The notes under the pieces: model-generated
Told to the model about the DNA's origin: nothing
Seen by the model: the letters and a program-made list of their open reading frames with translations, nothing else
The model's database searches: none
Shown: positions 36,207-48,524 of the stretch, piece by piece
Layout: every line of letters starts with the position of its first letter
Position numbering within the stretch: position 1 is the first letter of the stretch
Program-made: the position numbers and the translations under genes
NCBI RefSeq assembly: GCF_000143415.4
Contig: NW_003314272.1
Span: 1,620,374 to 1,684,373 of the forward strand
Length of the DNA stretch: 64,000 nucleotides
Source of the DNA: Selaginella moellendorffii
Lineage: Eukaryota; Plantae; Lycopodiophyta
Direction: 5' to 3'

Positions 36207-37103
36207 ATGCCGAGGGAGTCATTCAGAACCAAATACATTCGTGCGGTCGGGGTCGCGTTGGAGAAGACAGAGCACGAGGACGATCTCGACTGGGAGGCGT
36301 TCAACAAGCGGGAGGATGTGACACTGGGCAAGGGATGGAACACGGCCAAGTTCTTCAAGTACCACGAGTGCGAGAAACTGTGCTGCAGGTGCGTGATGCG
36401 CAGCGGAAGGGTGTTCCTCTCCGACGCACACCCGCACTGCGAGCTCGTCAGGGAGAAAGTGCGCCGCGCGATTGATCCACCTGTGGACGCGATCCCCTCC
36501 CTCTTCCACCCCGACAAGAGGAGCATCCGGATGAACATGTTGGGTGGATACGAGCCAACGGTTTCCCGCACCGAGCGTCCGGATCGTCGTGCTCTCACCT
36601 CCAACTTGCCCTGCCAGCGCTTCATCCTCGACATCGGCGTGTGCCAGACGCTGCCGGAGCTGCTCTCCTACACCGATTGCTACTTCAACGTCCACGACTC
36701 CAGAGTGCAGATCTTCCTGGCGCTCAAGTTCTACTACCGCGAGTCTGATCCTGCTGCTCTGATGCCCATGCTGGCCGTGGTACACGAGCGGATGGAAGAT
36801 GGTAGCGTGGCGTGCACTACTGCGGTTTCATTCGGCGAGCAAGGCCTGCGTCCCAAGACTCTGGAGTTCCTGAGGAGCAAGGGGATCGAGGTGACTGGCG
36901 TTGGGCTTGGCGGGCCTGCCTGTGACCAGCCTGGCTTGCCTGAGTACGAGCTCAGACTAGCCACCACCAAGATGCTCCAAGGCGGTCCTTTGGATTCTGA
37001 CAGCATCAAGGAGCGATTCGGCGATCACATAAAACTGGATCTTAAGTGCATCCAGGATGCCTACTTGAAACGGGCCAAGGGTCCTCCCAACTATTGTTTC
37101 TAG
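36207..37103 (+). CDS. Intronless 298-aa protein, Crinkler/Uma2-like PD-(D/E)XK restriction-endonuclease-fold candidate
   Basis: Clean GC3-rich ORF; motif order YEPTVS..FILDIGVCQTLPEL..YF..VQIFLALKFY..AVSFG..TGVGLGGPACD..PEYEL..LDL resembles REase-fold proteins of fungi/oomycetes. Family call is by eye. Confidence 0.55.
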   Translation: MPRESFRTKYIRAVGVALEKTEHEDDLDWEAFNKREDVTLGKGWNTAKFFKYHECEKLCCRCVMRSGRVFLSDAHPHCELVREKVRRAIDPPVDAIPSLFHPDKRSIRMNMLGGYEPTVSRTERPDRRALTSNLPCQRFILDIGVCQTLPELLSYTDCYFNVHDSRVQIFLALKFYYRESDPAALMPMLAVVHERMEDGSVACTTAVSFGEQGLRPKTLEFLRSKGIEVTGVGLGGPACDQPGLPEYELRLATTKMLQGGPLDSDSIKERFGDHIKLDLKCIQDAYLKRAKGPPNYCF

Positions 37104-37220
37104 CTATCACAATCTCCACAAAATTCTACAGACTCGTAAGTGATTAGGATCTTCAGCTTGTACGGGTACCTATATTTTCTAGCATACAGATTGATTGGAT
37201 ACACAAGTGAACCCTAAGCG

Positions 37221-37890
37221 ATGGCGAGCGGAGATTCAACCGGGGTGCTGGAATTTGCTGATGCAAATGTTCTTAATTAGGCGTTTCACATTTGGCACAA
37301 CGGGGATTTTGGAACAATCAACAATTTCCGCCTTCATGTAAGCTGTTTTGTGGATGAAAACAATGCCCGTGTCTATTGTTGCACACTTTGGCACAATATT
37401 GCCAACTGAATTTTAGGTATGTAGATTTGTCTTGTTTTGTTTGCAGGATACCCATGGGAAGTTATCCCTGTATTGAAAAACACATATGAGCTGTGAGTTT
37501 TACTTTAGTGTTTTGTGAGGAACTTATACTTCCTGTGACAGGTATGGTCCAGTAACTCTGCTTTGGAGCACAAAGCAATGGTTTATTTCCTCGCATGCCT
37601 GAAAGAGTTTGCCGATTTGCAAATGCCATGGACCCGGCTACTAGAGTGGCTCTAGACAAATGCTTCACGCTACCTTACAAGTAAGTCGTTCGTTATCAAC
37701 AACGCTCTCTCATCGGCTGTTTTGAAGGATTGAGAATGACAAGGTGGAAGCTATTGCAATCGAGTGGACAAACAACCACCTAGAGAAGTGGACAAAGGCT
37801 CTCAAACTTATGCTCTGTAATCTTAAATGGTCACTGTATTGGCTGATAGAGGAACACACTATTTCAACCAGCTTTCCTCACAATCAGTAC
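37221..37890 (+). pseudogene. ATG6/Beclin-1 pseudogene (C-terminal BARA domain)
   Basis: [78 protein letters not shown]; contains stops and deletions, retains introns. Confidence 0.85.
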
Positions 37891-38911
37891 GTATATCCTG
37901 TCTTATATTGGTTTGAAAGATTAGCTTTTTAATCTTCCTTGTACCTTTTTCTTTTGGCTAAAATCTCTTCTTATCAGTTTAATAGCTAATATGTAAACTG
38001 AAGACAATCCAGTGACAACAGAATAAACTTGGTGACAACTAAGGACAAACAAAGACAACCGAGGACAATCAAAGTCACAACTAATATACAATGAAGACAA
38101 ACTAGTCCGTGTGGTACTGCCCAAAAAATTGATCCAACTTTCTTGGTTATAAAATATTCACTAGAATCTTCTTGGCTATGGAATGGCCATGGGTGGGATC
38201 ATAGCCCTTTCCTGTCCACTTTCCACACACCTTTGCCCTGGTGCACCTGGGAGGCTTCACTAGGATTCCCAGTACCATAGATTTCTTCTAATGCATGCTA
38301 TGAGTTTGGTTATGAACAAGAGGCTTCATTGGATGAGTCTTAAAAGCTTGGTCACAAACAAGAGGATGCCTCTAAAAAATAAACAATTTCTGTTCCTAAG
38401 GTTTGTTGCAATTTTTAATGTGAAGATGGTGGTTCTAAGCTTTCTCTAGGACCATAATGTTTTGTAAATCCAAGAATGAGTAGTGAAGAACTCATTAATA
38501 CATCAATTCTTACATGCCCAAATTTGTTATACCTTGTGAAATGGTTAAACATGCAGCGTAAATATAAGGAAAACATACTCTGAACTTCCTTCAGTAACTA
38601 CTAGTGATTTAGTAGAGCCCTTGCCAATAGCTGTGAAGGCCTAAATTAAGAAAGGCAAAGAAATGAAAATTATTATCCAATCTTGTTTTGCTTTAAAGAG
38701 ACAAACAAGCTCTTTAAACAACATCAAACTGATGCAACCTACTAAATGAAACCTTCTTGCACTACTAGCAAAAACCCCTATAGATACAAAACCCTTACCT
38801 CTGCTCCTATGTGCAATTGGTCTCCAACACAATAACCCATTGACATTGCAAAAATGAAAAAAAGAAAAAGAAAGTCGGAGGTTCTATATATTATATAACT
38901 TGGATTAATTT

Positions 38912-39210
38912 TTGGTTTGCTTAAGCAAATCTGAGAATATACTTAGATATTCTAGGATATTTACCATCTAACGGTTGTTATTCATTTAGATTAATCTTGT
39001 ATTTATAATTTATAAACTTTCTTAAACCCTTTCTAGTATATTCTTTTTTATTCTATTATCTAATGGTTGATATGCAATAAGATTAATCTTGTGTTTATAA
39101 ATTACAAACATGCTTATAATTATAAATTTTATTTGATCGATTGGATTAATAAGTAATAATAAAATTAATTAAGCAAACTAAATGTTGCCACATGCAATGT
39201 ATAACAATTT
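38912..39210. mobile_element. AT-rich MITE-like repeat, copy 2
   Basis: Homologous to 10321-10616; ttggtttgcttaa (38912) / ttaagcaaactaa (39169-39181). Confidence 0.6.
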
Positions 39211-39434
39211 TTTTTTACTTTGGTTGTCCTCGGTTGATTTTGATTGTCCTCAGTTGTCATCAAGTTGTATTTGGTATTGTCTTAGGTTATAGTTTGCTTT
39301 ACAAATTACATGCTATAAATATAAATTATAAACCAAGAAATATAAACATTGTCAAATTGTTTTGACGGTCACAAACCATGTTTTCCTCATACCTTTAATT
39401 TAATAGCTAATATGATCTAAAACTTTAGGGCGGG

Positions 39435-40378
39435 ATGGCGCTTCGGGGAGCTCACTCGCTGGCTCTGGCGCTTGATCGTCCGAATGCCGGTAGGAGGTGT
39501 GTAGCTGCGAGGTGGAATTGGGGCGAGGCGATGGAGCGCGCCAAGAGGAGTGTGCTATTGCCTGCCGCATTGAGTTTGTCCGTCGCCCTCTCTTCTGGTG
39601 AGTGATTTATGTCAAGCGTACGTTTTGTGTGATCTCCTTTCGTGTTTCAAGGCCCGACGCTGCTGCAAGCGAGGCCGGAAGGCGTGAACAAGCCGGAATT
39701 GCTACCGCGAAGCTACACTCCAGTGATTGACGTCGCTGGATTTCTTTCAGAAGGTCAGGTAAGCAAGAAATATCTAGCGAGCAAACTTTTCTTGTTCCTT
39801 TCCTTTTACTTTAATGTTCTTGCTTGGTTTCTAGGAGGGGCGCATTGCCCAGGAAATCAAAGAGATAGAAGAGCTCACTGGATTCAAGCTCCGAGTTCTT
39901 GCTCAAAACTATCCCAACACTCCAGGTACTTGCCTTTTGCAACTTACAACAAGAACAAATCTGTTGTGGTTTTTGCAGGGTTGGCGATCCGAGAATTCTG
40001 GAAAGTCGATGACAATACCATTGTTTTCGTTGCTGATCCTAGCCTTGGTACGCACCATCGACTTTGACGCATAGTTCTCACCTATGCAGAATAAAATCGT
40101 GGCAGGGAACATACTAAACTTCAACGTCGGTGCGTCCGTAGACCTTAATGTTCCTCGCAGCTTTTGGTCGAGGCTGGCGGGCCAATATGGAAATGTATTT
40201 TACTGGCGTGAAAAGGTTCGTTGATCAACTTTCTTTTTCTTTCGTTTTTTCTTCACAGTGTAAGACTTGATATTTCTTTCTCAAGGGAGAAGATGCTTCG
40301 ATAGAGGCCGCTGTTGCAGCTATCAGCTCGTGCTTGAGAGAACCGCCAGGGCCTAGAGCTTGCAGCACCATAAACTAG
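39435..40378 (+). CDS. Thylakoid lumenal 15 kDa protein 2-like (TPM domain), multi-exon
   Basis: [89 protein letters not shown]; transit-like N-terminus. Confidence 0.9.
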
Positions 40379-40605
40379 CAAAGTCTTCGTGTCATATACT
40401 ACTACCCAGCGTGAATGGTAGACTGGAATTTGACAAAGACGTGCGCTTGTCGTAGAGAAACGTGTTTCACAGAATCCGCCGTAAGAAGTTTATTCGCCTT
40501 TCTTTTCTGTTGCGTGTTTTTGATTGTTTGGTTTCCTCAGGGCTATCTATCATTGAAGTGAACAGAGTCTAAATACCACTGAAGCATAGAGCCGCTCTAG
40601 CAAAG

Positions 40606-42004
40606 ATGCAAGCTTCTAGCAGCAGCAGCAGCAGGATCCATGGTAAGAGGTGGAACCTACGTCTAACAGGCAGGAAGAGGGGAAGTTTAGTAGGATTGGA
40701 GCAAGCTAGACGAGGCAAGGTAAAAGGGCATGGAAGAAGCACTTCGTTCATGGTTCACTGTAGCCTGGGAGAAGACAGGCATTTTCACAGGGGGCATTAT
40801 CTCTACGACATTGCCGATTTTTCGGCCGCGGAGCAGCACGAGCAGCTTGTGTTAGGAGCACCACCTCGACCCCGACGAATCATTCTGGTACGCCATGGCC
40901 AAAGTGAAGGCAACATTGATGAAGGTGCTTACACTCGGATTCCAGACTCCAAGATATCTCTCACCGAGGCTGGATGGAGGCAGGCCATAGAATGTGGGAA
41001 AAGGATAAGAACTCTAGTCGAGAGTGATGGTGCTCCAGACTGGAAGGTTTACTTCTATGTTTCCCCGTATCGTCGAAGTTTGCAGACGCTCAAAGCGATT
41101 GGAATGGCATTCGAGCGAGAGAGAATTGCAGGTGTCCGAGAAGAACCGAGGCTCCGTGAGCAGGATTTTGGTATGTTTTTATTATTTTTCCTCGCCGTGA
41201 ATTTAACTCGGAACCTTTTTCTTTTTCACTTTTTCCACAGGAAACTTTCAAGACCAGGAGCGAATGCGAGTTGAAAAAGAAATCCGGCTGCGTTATGGTC
41301 GATTCTTCTACAGGTTCCCAAATGGAGAATCTGCAGCAGATGTCTACGATCGTATCACAGGTATCAAGCACTTTTCGTCTGAAAAGTTCAGTTTTTCTCT
41401 TTGCACTTTACAGTTTTCGTACACAGGATTCAGAGAAACTTTGAGAGCAGACATTGACATTGGTCGTTTCCAAAGACCCGAGGACAGGTCAAAAAACGTG
41501 AACTTGGTTCTCGTGTCACACGGTCTTACTTTGCGGGTCTTCCTGATGAGATGGTACAAGTGGACGGTGGAGCAATTCGAAGGTTTATGGAACTTTGGCA
41601 ACACGGGAACCATGGTGATGGAAACCGGGCCCGGAGGACGGTAAGTTTCTCATCAACAACTTAGCCAATACTCTTTTGCTCCTCCAGGTATAGCTTGCTT
41701 GTTCATCACACACGAGAGGAACTTAAAGCTTTTGGGATGACAGAGTGCATGATCGATGATCAAGAATGGTATCTAAGCTCTCGCTCCAATTTCCAGTCGC
41801 TGAAATTCCTCTCCTTTTTATCTCAGGCAAAAGTATGCCAAGCCTGGGGAGCTCAACTACGACTGGCTCACGTCCGGATCAAACTTTTTCAGCCATTTTG
41901 ATTCCGACAAGGACGAGCTCTCCCAAATGCCTTCCGAGATAAAGGATGCCTCGTCAATGAGAGATTTCTTCCAGCCGGAACCTCCTGTCGGCTGGCCAAG
42001 TTGA
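40606..42004 (+). CDS. Histidine phosphatase / phosphoglycerate mutase-like protein (AT74-like), multi-exon
   Basis: RIILVRHGQSEGN, YVSPYRRSLQT, REEPRLREQDFGNF, FFYRFPNGESAADVYDR, LVSHGLTLRVFLMRW. Confidence 0.92.
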
Positions 42005-42120
42005 GAATCAAAATCCTTTCTTCGTGAGAGCTACAAGAGCTACGTGTAAAATATACAGCAGCGAACTTGTTCTTTTGGGAAGAACCAAAAAATGAGAAAG
42101 ACAACAAAATTTTTGTTTCG

Positions 42121-43500
42121 CTATCTTCCTTCCATTGTTTGACTCTGGAGCTCCCGAAACGCCAGGAATTCCCTCTCCCATTCCTGGGACTTGATCAAAT
42201 AGTTGGACAGCTTCGCGGTAACGTTCTTCATGGGAGGCCGCGACTCCGGGTTGGAGTCGATGCAAAGCCTGGCGAGAGCAGCGACGCTCATCGCCGTGTC
42301 CACCGGATACGAGTCCCGGAGCCTGGCGTCGATCCACAGGCGGAGCTTCTTCCGGGGATCACGCTCCTCCATGATCTCCGTCACCTCGTCCGTGAGGGAA
42401 ACCACCTTGAGCTTCTTGGTCGCGGGATCCAGCTGAACGCCCGGTTGCTTGCCGGTGAGGAGCTCCAGCAGCACCACCCCAAACGCAAACACGTCCATCT
42501 TGCTGCTCACCACCCCGCTCGTCTGGTACTCGGGGGACATGTAGCCGGGAGTGCCTGTGATCTTGATGCTGTTCTTCCGGACGAGCTTCCGCCTCGGTAG
42601 CCTCTCGTGGTCCTCTAAGTTGATCTCAGCGTCCTCCTTGATCGTGGCGCTCGCAGGGAGAGGCGACGGGATCTCTCCAACCAACTGTGGGATGCCAAAC
42701 TTGACGATCTTCGCTCGGAGCTCGTTGGTGACGATAATGTTGGTGCTCTTGACGTGCTTGTGCACGAAAGGCGGCATGGTGTGGTCGTGGAGGTACTCGA
42801 GGCCCAGCGCCACGTCCAGCGCGACCTGGAGCCGCGACGTCCAGCTCGCCAGCGCGGAGAAGCCCTCGGCCCTGGGGCTGTGCAGCGCCTCCCGGAGATT
42901 CACCCCCTCCTCGTACTCGTAGCAAACGTAGACGTGCTCGCTCTCGCGCAAGCACGCCCCCAGCACCTTCACCAGGTTGACGTGGTGGACGCTGGTGATG
43001 ATCTTGAGGAGCTCGATGTAGTTCCCGACGAAGCTCCCTTTCTTCTGGACGATCGCGACGTCGGCGCCCCGGACGAGAGCGCGGAACACGGAGCCGCCGA
43101 TCTTGCTGGCCTCGCTGAAGTTGTCCGTGGCACGGACCAGGTCCTTGTATCGGTAGCGTATAGGCCCGTCTGGGAGGAGGTCCCTGATCCCGGCGAGAGA
43201 GCTCGCACTGCTGCTGGACGAGACCCTCGAGTCCCTGGATTCCCTGGAATTGTTGGTCTGGGACTCCTTGGACGCGGTGGTGGTGAAAGTGGTGAAGCCG
43301 CCGTCGGTGGTGCTGCCTAGGCTGCTGTCCCGGGCCGCCGACTCCCTCCTCGATGATTTCCTGTCACTGCCTCTCAGCGCTGCTTCTCCTCCTCCTTGGC
43401 TGCCTTTCTTGTCTTTCCTACTGCCCGGCAGGCACATTCTAAACATGAGCTCCTCAAACCTGTGCCACTGCTCCTCGCCCGCGCGCCGCGGGATCAACAT
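42121..43500 (-). CDS. Cytoplasmic LysM-RLK-related (pseudo)kinase, intronless
   Basis: Kinase fold (SVHHVNLVKVLGAC, LEYLHDH, GTPGYMSPE, DVFAFGVVLLELLTG) but HKHVKS replaces HRD, KFG replaces DFG and there is no Gly-loop; no TM or LysM. The true start may be a downstream Met. Confidence 0.88.
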   Translation of the reverse strand: MLIPRRAGEEQWHRFEELMFRMCLPGSRKDKKGSQGGGEAALRGSDRKSSRRESAARDSSLGSTTDGGFTTFTTTASKESQTNNSRESRDSRVSSSSSASSLAGIRDLLPDGPIRYRYKDLVRATDNFSEASKIGGSVFRALVRGADVAIVQKKGSFVGNYIELLKIITSVHHVNLVKVLGACLRESEHVYVCYEYEEGVNLREALHSPRAEGFSALASWTSRLQVALDVALGLEYLHDHTMPPFVHKHVKSTNIIVTNELRAKIVKFGIPQLVGEIPSPLPASATIKEDAEINLEDHERLPRRKLVRKNSIKITGTPGYMSPEYQTSGVVSSKMDVFAFGVVLLELLTGKQPGVQLDPATKKLKVVSLTDEVTEIMEERDPRKKLRLWIDARLRDSYPVDTAMSVAALARLCIDSNPESRPPMKNVTAKLSNYLIKSQEWEREFLAFRELQSQTMEGR

Positions 43501-45547
43501 GAAAGAGGTCTCGGTCCTGTTCTAAAAAATCCTTCCCTTGGATCGAAAATGCGAGGAATTCCTGCCCGGGGCTCCAGCTCCAATGCCCCCAAATCGATGG
43601 CGCACTGTCAGAGAAGTGCGGTGGGTCTCCAAAACCCTAGCGCTGGCGCCACCACCGTCCGCGAAACGCTAACAAAAGAGGGAGCTGGTCCGACGCGTCA
43701 CTGGAAAAGTCACACGTGGAGGCGCCAACTGTGCCACGTCACCACATCCGTATGCTAACTTTGGCTCTTGTAGTATCTTCGTTTTTCCCGAGGCGATTAT
43801 TCTCTTCACTGCTCTCCCGTAGTTCTTGCTCCATATCGTTTTTTTTATATGTATGTATATCTGTATGGACTCTTTTAGATATCAATTTTTTTGTTTTACT
43901 AGCTCTCATCACACTTGGGCTTTGTTTCTAGAAGCACAAGAAAGTCAAGCACGCACAAACCATTCACACTGAGTTTGGTGGCCAATAGCTAGCGTTTTTT
44001 CTGGAAGAGTGTATTTTAAACGCTTAAGATCTGAAATAACCACAGTTAGAAATCACCATATCAAACACTGCTCTGTTGGAATGAATGAAGCGAAGACTTT
44101 GTTGGTTGCTCAACAAACTATTGCTGCTGCTGTTGTTGAAATAAAGACGAAAGACTTTTGGTGGGCACCCCAAAAGCCTGTAAAAACTTAATAACCTTTT
44201 GGATGCTGGGTTTCATCATTTGACTATACTCTGCGTGACCTGCCTTCCACTATGTGATTTACCATCATCCTACGCCTGACGTACCAAGTAAAACAAAATC
44301 CAGAATATCGTAACAACACTCGTGCAGTTGAGAAGCTTGAGAAACTTGGACTTGAGGATGATTTATTATGTGCCATGGCCTGATCTAGATGAGCACGTAG
44401 CTGATATAACTTCTTCTCACTGCCCCTCGGCAGTCTGGCAAGACCTCGGTGGTGCTGAGGCAAAAGTGCTACCTTGTACTCACACCGGATGTAAGTTCAG
44501 GAGGCCAAACCCTCAAGTTTGAACTGGAAGCGGCAGACGCTTCTTTGAGTGTTGATTCGTTCAACAAAGTGATTGGGCCTTCAGGAAGAAGTTTAGCAAA
44601 GCTATTCCAGCAACCGGGGAATAAAGTTAAACGATGCTCAGATGCTGATATAAATCTTGCATAGATGCGGTTACTCAACTTTCGCAAGATCTCAGAGCCT
44701 TGTGGGACAAAGGAGACTTTAGCTTCTGATTACGCCGCGGCTCTTTGCATTTGCAGGACGGACTACAGCATGATCCTGTTCGTCCTTGGCGGACCATGCC
44801 TCCCTCCCACCTAAGCATCGTCGACGCTAGAAAGCGGGACTGGTAAGCGCGAGCTAGTCAATCAAAGAAGAAAGAACAAAGAAAAACGGAAGTGTGAGAG
44901 AAGCAGCTTCCACCCTGGGCTCCCTTTTGATCCAATGCGAGATGGGAGAAAAGGTGGTGGTGATATGAGACTATATAACTAATAGAGAGAGAAAAAAGGA
45001 AGAAATCTCTCTAAATGTATCTGTTCCACAACACGAAGCACCACTGTAGAGTCTTTGGAGTTTCTACCCACAAAGAGCAGGGTCCGGGTAGCGGCAGAGA
45101 CAATGGTCGTCGAGATCAAGGACAGTCAAGCAGTAGCAAAAGTATGCTAGAGAATTGTTCTAAAAATAAATGTGATAAAAAAAGGTTTTTGTTTTGAAAG
45201 AAATAAATTCAATTTTCTTATAACTGTGTTGTGAACTTGACATGGAAAACAGAAGATCCGATCCAGGATTCGGCATTTTGGCTATGCCGCTCTGTGGCAT
45301 GCATTGCAGAGCAACACAATGCTTTCTCCCCTTCGCTCGCAATGCTTTTGGTTTGTCCCGTGCAATCCTTCTTAGACTGACACTGTCTTGTTCACAAATC
45401 CAAGATAAATTTTTCAATCTACCTCATAATATGCCTCCATAGTTTATGTATTGTGTGATGAGTTTTCCTCAAATGGAAGTGATTACAGCAGAAACATATG
45501 AGAATCGTTTTAATAGTTCATTTTCATGGCGAATACCTTTGTACTTC

Positions 45548-45890
45548 ACATCCAACTCTCAATCTTTACCTCCTCAAGCTTTACATTTTCCTCAGGAGTG
45601 GGTGGAAAGAGGCCATCTTTACTTTGTTTTGACTTAGTCTCCAACCTCAGTGTATGTAGATTGGATCTCACGTAGCACGGGCTGTGTTATAACTGGGCGT
45701 GTTGGGTGTAGTTATGTTAATAAGCATATGATCCTTAAATAAATCACAAAGCAAAAATACTTAATAACACATACCAGATGTTATTCACAGTATTGTGTCT
45801 CAAAATGTATTTTATTGTAGATCGGGCTAATTTTTTTAGTTTTTCTTTTTGCAAAGGTTTGGTTGAATGGCTTTTCTAAAGAGTGTACAC
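45548..45890. repeat. Dispersed repeat, copy 2 (copy 1 at 377-760)
   Basis: Block-wise similarity to 377-760, with one internal segment inverted. Confidence 0.8.
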
Positions 45891-45899
45891 AAGGAGAAG

Positions 45900-48050
45900 T
45901 TATATAGTCTCATAATTATAGTTGATGTGCATAATTCAAAAAGAGAATAAAGAGAAATTTTCTATAGCTCTTTCTTCGTACTAAATTAAAATGTGATATT
46001 TTTTATATCTCAATGTTTTTTTTTTAATCTTAGGTTTACTAGCTTAAAGATTATAAACACTTAAATGTTACAGAAAAGAATTATACAAGATAATATTCTT
46101 AGAATATTCTTAAACATGCCTAAATAAAAGTGGATAATAATTTTAGTTTTCATGTTGTTAATTTTAATCACCATTTTAAAAGTTCTAATACTGTTAATAT
46201 TCAAGGAAGTGTTATTACAAAATTGTGATTGTAAGTATTGAAAATTACATGTTGGAAAGTCCTTTTGGATATTTTTCTTTAACTGCAACAACAATAAGAG
46301 ATCAATATTTCTAAACCTTTTATCAAACCCTATTGTGTTAGTGAAGCATTTTGATTATACTTAGACTAAACAAGTACAAAGATGGAATTCTTATATACTA
46401 TTAGTTAAACATACTTAGTTTCTATCTCATTATGTCTTTTATTAGCTAAGAACCTTTGCATATTAAACATTAGTCCCTCAATATTGCTACATAAGAGCTT
46501 ACCATGTTTAAACACCTTTATGTGTTAATTTTGTTCAGTCCTATTGACTATTTATAAAAAGTTTTTAGATTTACTAATTGGGTATATCTATGAAATGTGA
46601 AGATTGTTCTCAACATAATAGTGTTATTCCTGCATATAAATTTGCAATCAAGCACCATTATAATTGTTTTAGAGACTAACTCCTAGATTGAGGTGAAAGC
46701 CTAAAGTATGTGTTTATATAGGAGGGGTGGTTTCTTGTGGAGTTCTATAATAGGGATAGCTGGCATAGTATATTCTATATGACTTGCATTAGACCACTAG
46801 TATGTTAAGATAGCATAAAATTTCATTTGGTTCCACTTTATGTGGTAGGATGTTATTTTAACTAATTAGAAAAAGAGATTTATTTTTATTTATGGGCTTT
46901 TTTAAACCCTAATGACTTATCTCTCAAGTAATTCTTTTTGGTTATTTGATATTTTAAAATTATTTCAATGTCGATTTATGTTTTGTCTCTTTACTCTTTA
47001 TGCTATACACTTAGCAGTTATTTAGTGTTTTAGTTCTTTTGGTTATATGCTTGAGAGTTTAGATCCATCTTTTTATTTAATGACTTAAGGCTAGCCACAT
47101 GTTCAAGGGTTATATTCTATTTTGTGGTTATTTTATGATAAATAATAATAGAGTAAAGAGTGATAACTACATACACTATAAAAATACTATCATATTTATA
47201 TTAATTTCAGTTAATTTCTTTTCCTATTGTACTTATTATTTATAACATTTTTTCTTTTTAATCTATTAAAAATAAAAATAATTAAATTAATATTTTTAAT
47301 TAAAATCTATATTGATAAGCTTTATTTAAGTATAGTGTGATTTAATTAAGTATTGGTATTTACTGATATATTTATAAGACATTAAAAAACTTTTTAATGC
47401 AACAACACTAAATTTATAAAGTTTACTATAACTTATAATATATCAAAACAGTTCAAAACTATATTCTAAAATAAAATAGTTTTATAATTATAAAATGTAT
47501 GACTATGTTTTTAAAACCTTAAAATATTATTTTAAAAATTTAATTTATTTAGTGTTGTATTTATATAATTATATTACTCAATGATTTTAATTAATATCTC
47601 ATACTCTTTAAATTAATTATATATAGCACAAATTATTCATGTATATTACTTAATGACTGCTGGTTATTTTGGTATATTCACAGTTAATGGTTGAGATTTA
47701 TATGTCATATAAATATATGAATAAAATGTTATATTATAAGGTTTATACACATATTTTAATGATTTTCCAAATTGTTTAAAGATTTTTTAGAAGATAAAAT
47801 TTTAAAATCTTAATTTTTTAATATAAATATTAATAAATATATTAAATTATTTTAACCTAGAGTTATATGAGTGTGAGTGGGGAGTGAGTTGCTAATGGTG
47901 ATGCCACTTGGTAACTACTATTATTTAATTTGGGATAATTAATGTTTAATAAATTTAATATAATAAAGAAGAAAGCTTAATATATGCCATATTTTAATTT
48001 AATGCATAAAAATTCCATTAATAGGAAACGAAAAGGAGGAGCAAACCTTT
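45900..48050. other. Very AT-rich non-coding tract, probably eroded transposon DNA
   Basis: Extreme AT content, CpG depletion, no credible ORFs; similar in character to 10260-11680. Confidence 0.4.
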
Positions 48051-48524
48051 CTTATGCGTTGCATATTATGGCTTAAAATATCATGCTCAATAGCATACTA
48101 AAGAGAACTCAAACTCTTAAGCTTAGCTTGCTGAACAAAATGCGTCCTTACCTACCATGTTGCTGAGAAGGTAAGAAAATTTAGTGTAAGCTCCTGAAAT
48201 GATCGTCATCCTTCCAAAATCTGGGTCGGGCAGGGAGTAAGCAGCAGATTCTTTAGACAAAAGGTGGCGTCCGTACCACGCCTCGTTTTGAGTCGTATCA
48301 ATGCCTAGATTGTTGTTAAAGTGCTTGGATGCACGCTACAGATTTCTCAAACATAGACTCAATGCACAGTTCTTAGAGCTGAGCTGACAAAATACAAAGG
48401 CAAATCCAGTTTCCATGTACGTAGAGCAGTGACAAGTCCATCAAAAACCATGGTGCCATGGACACCGGTGACTGCGCCTGGAGAAGTTCCATAGCCTTTT
48501 TCTTCCAGGTTCTTGGCCCTGCCA

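Noticed and set aside
44200-44850. Protein-like fragments or a possible structured RNA
   Set aside because: No recognisable family, no tRNA/snRNA/snoRNA hallmarks, frames interrupted.
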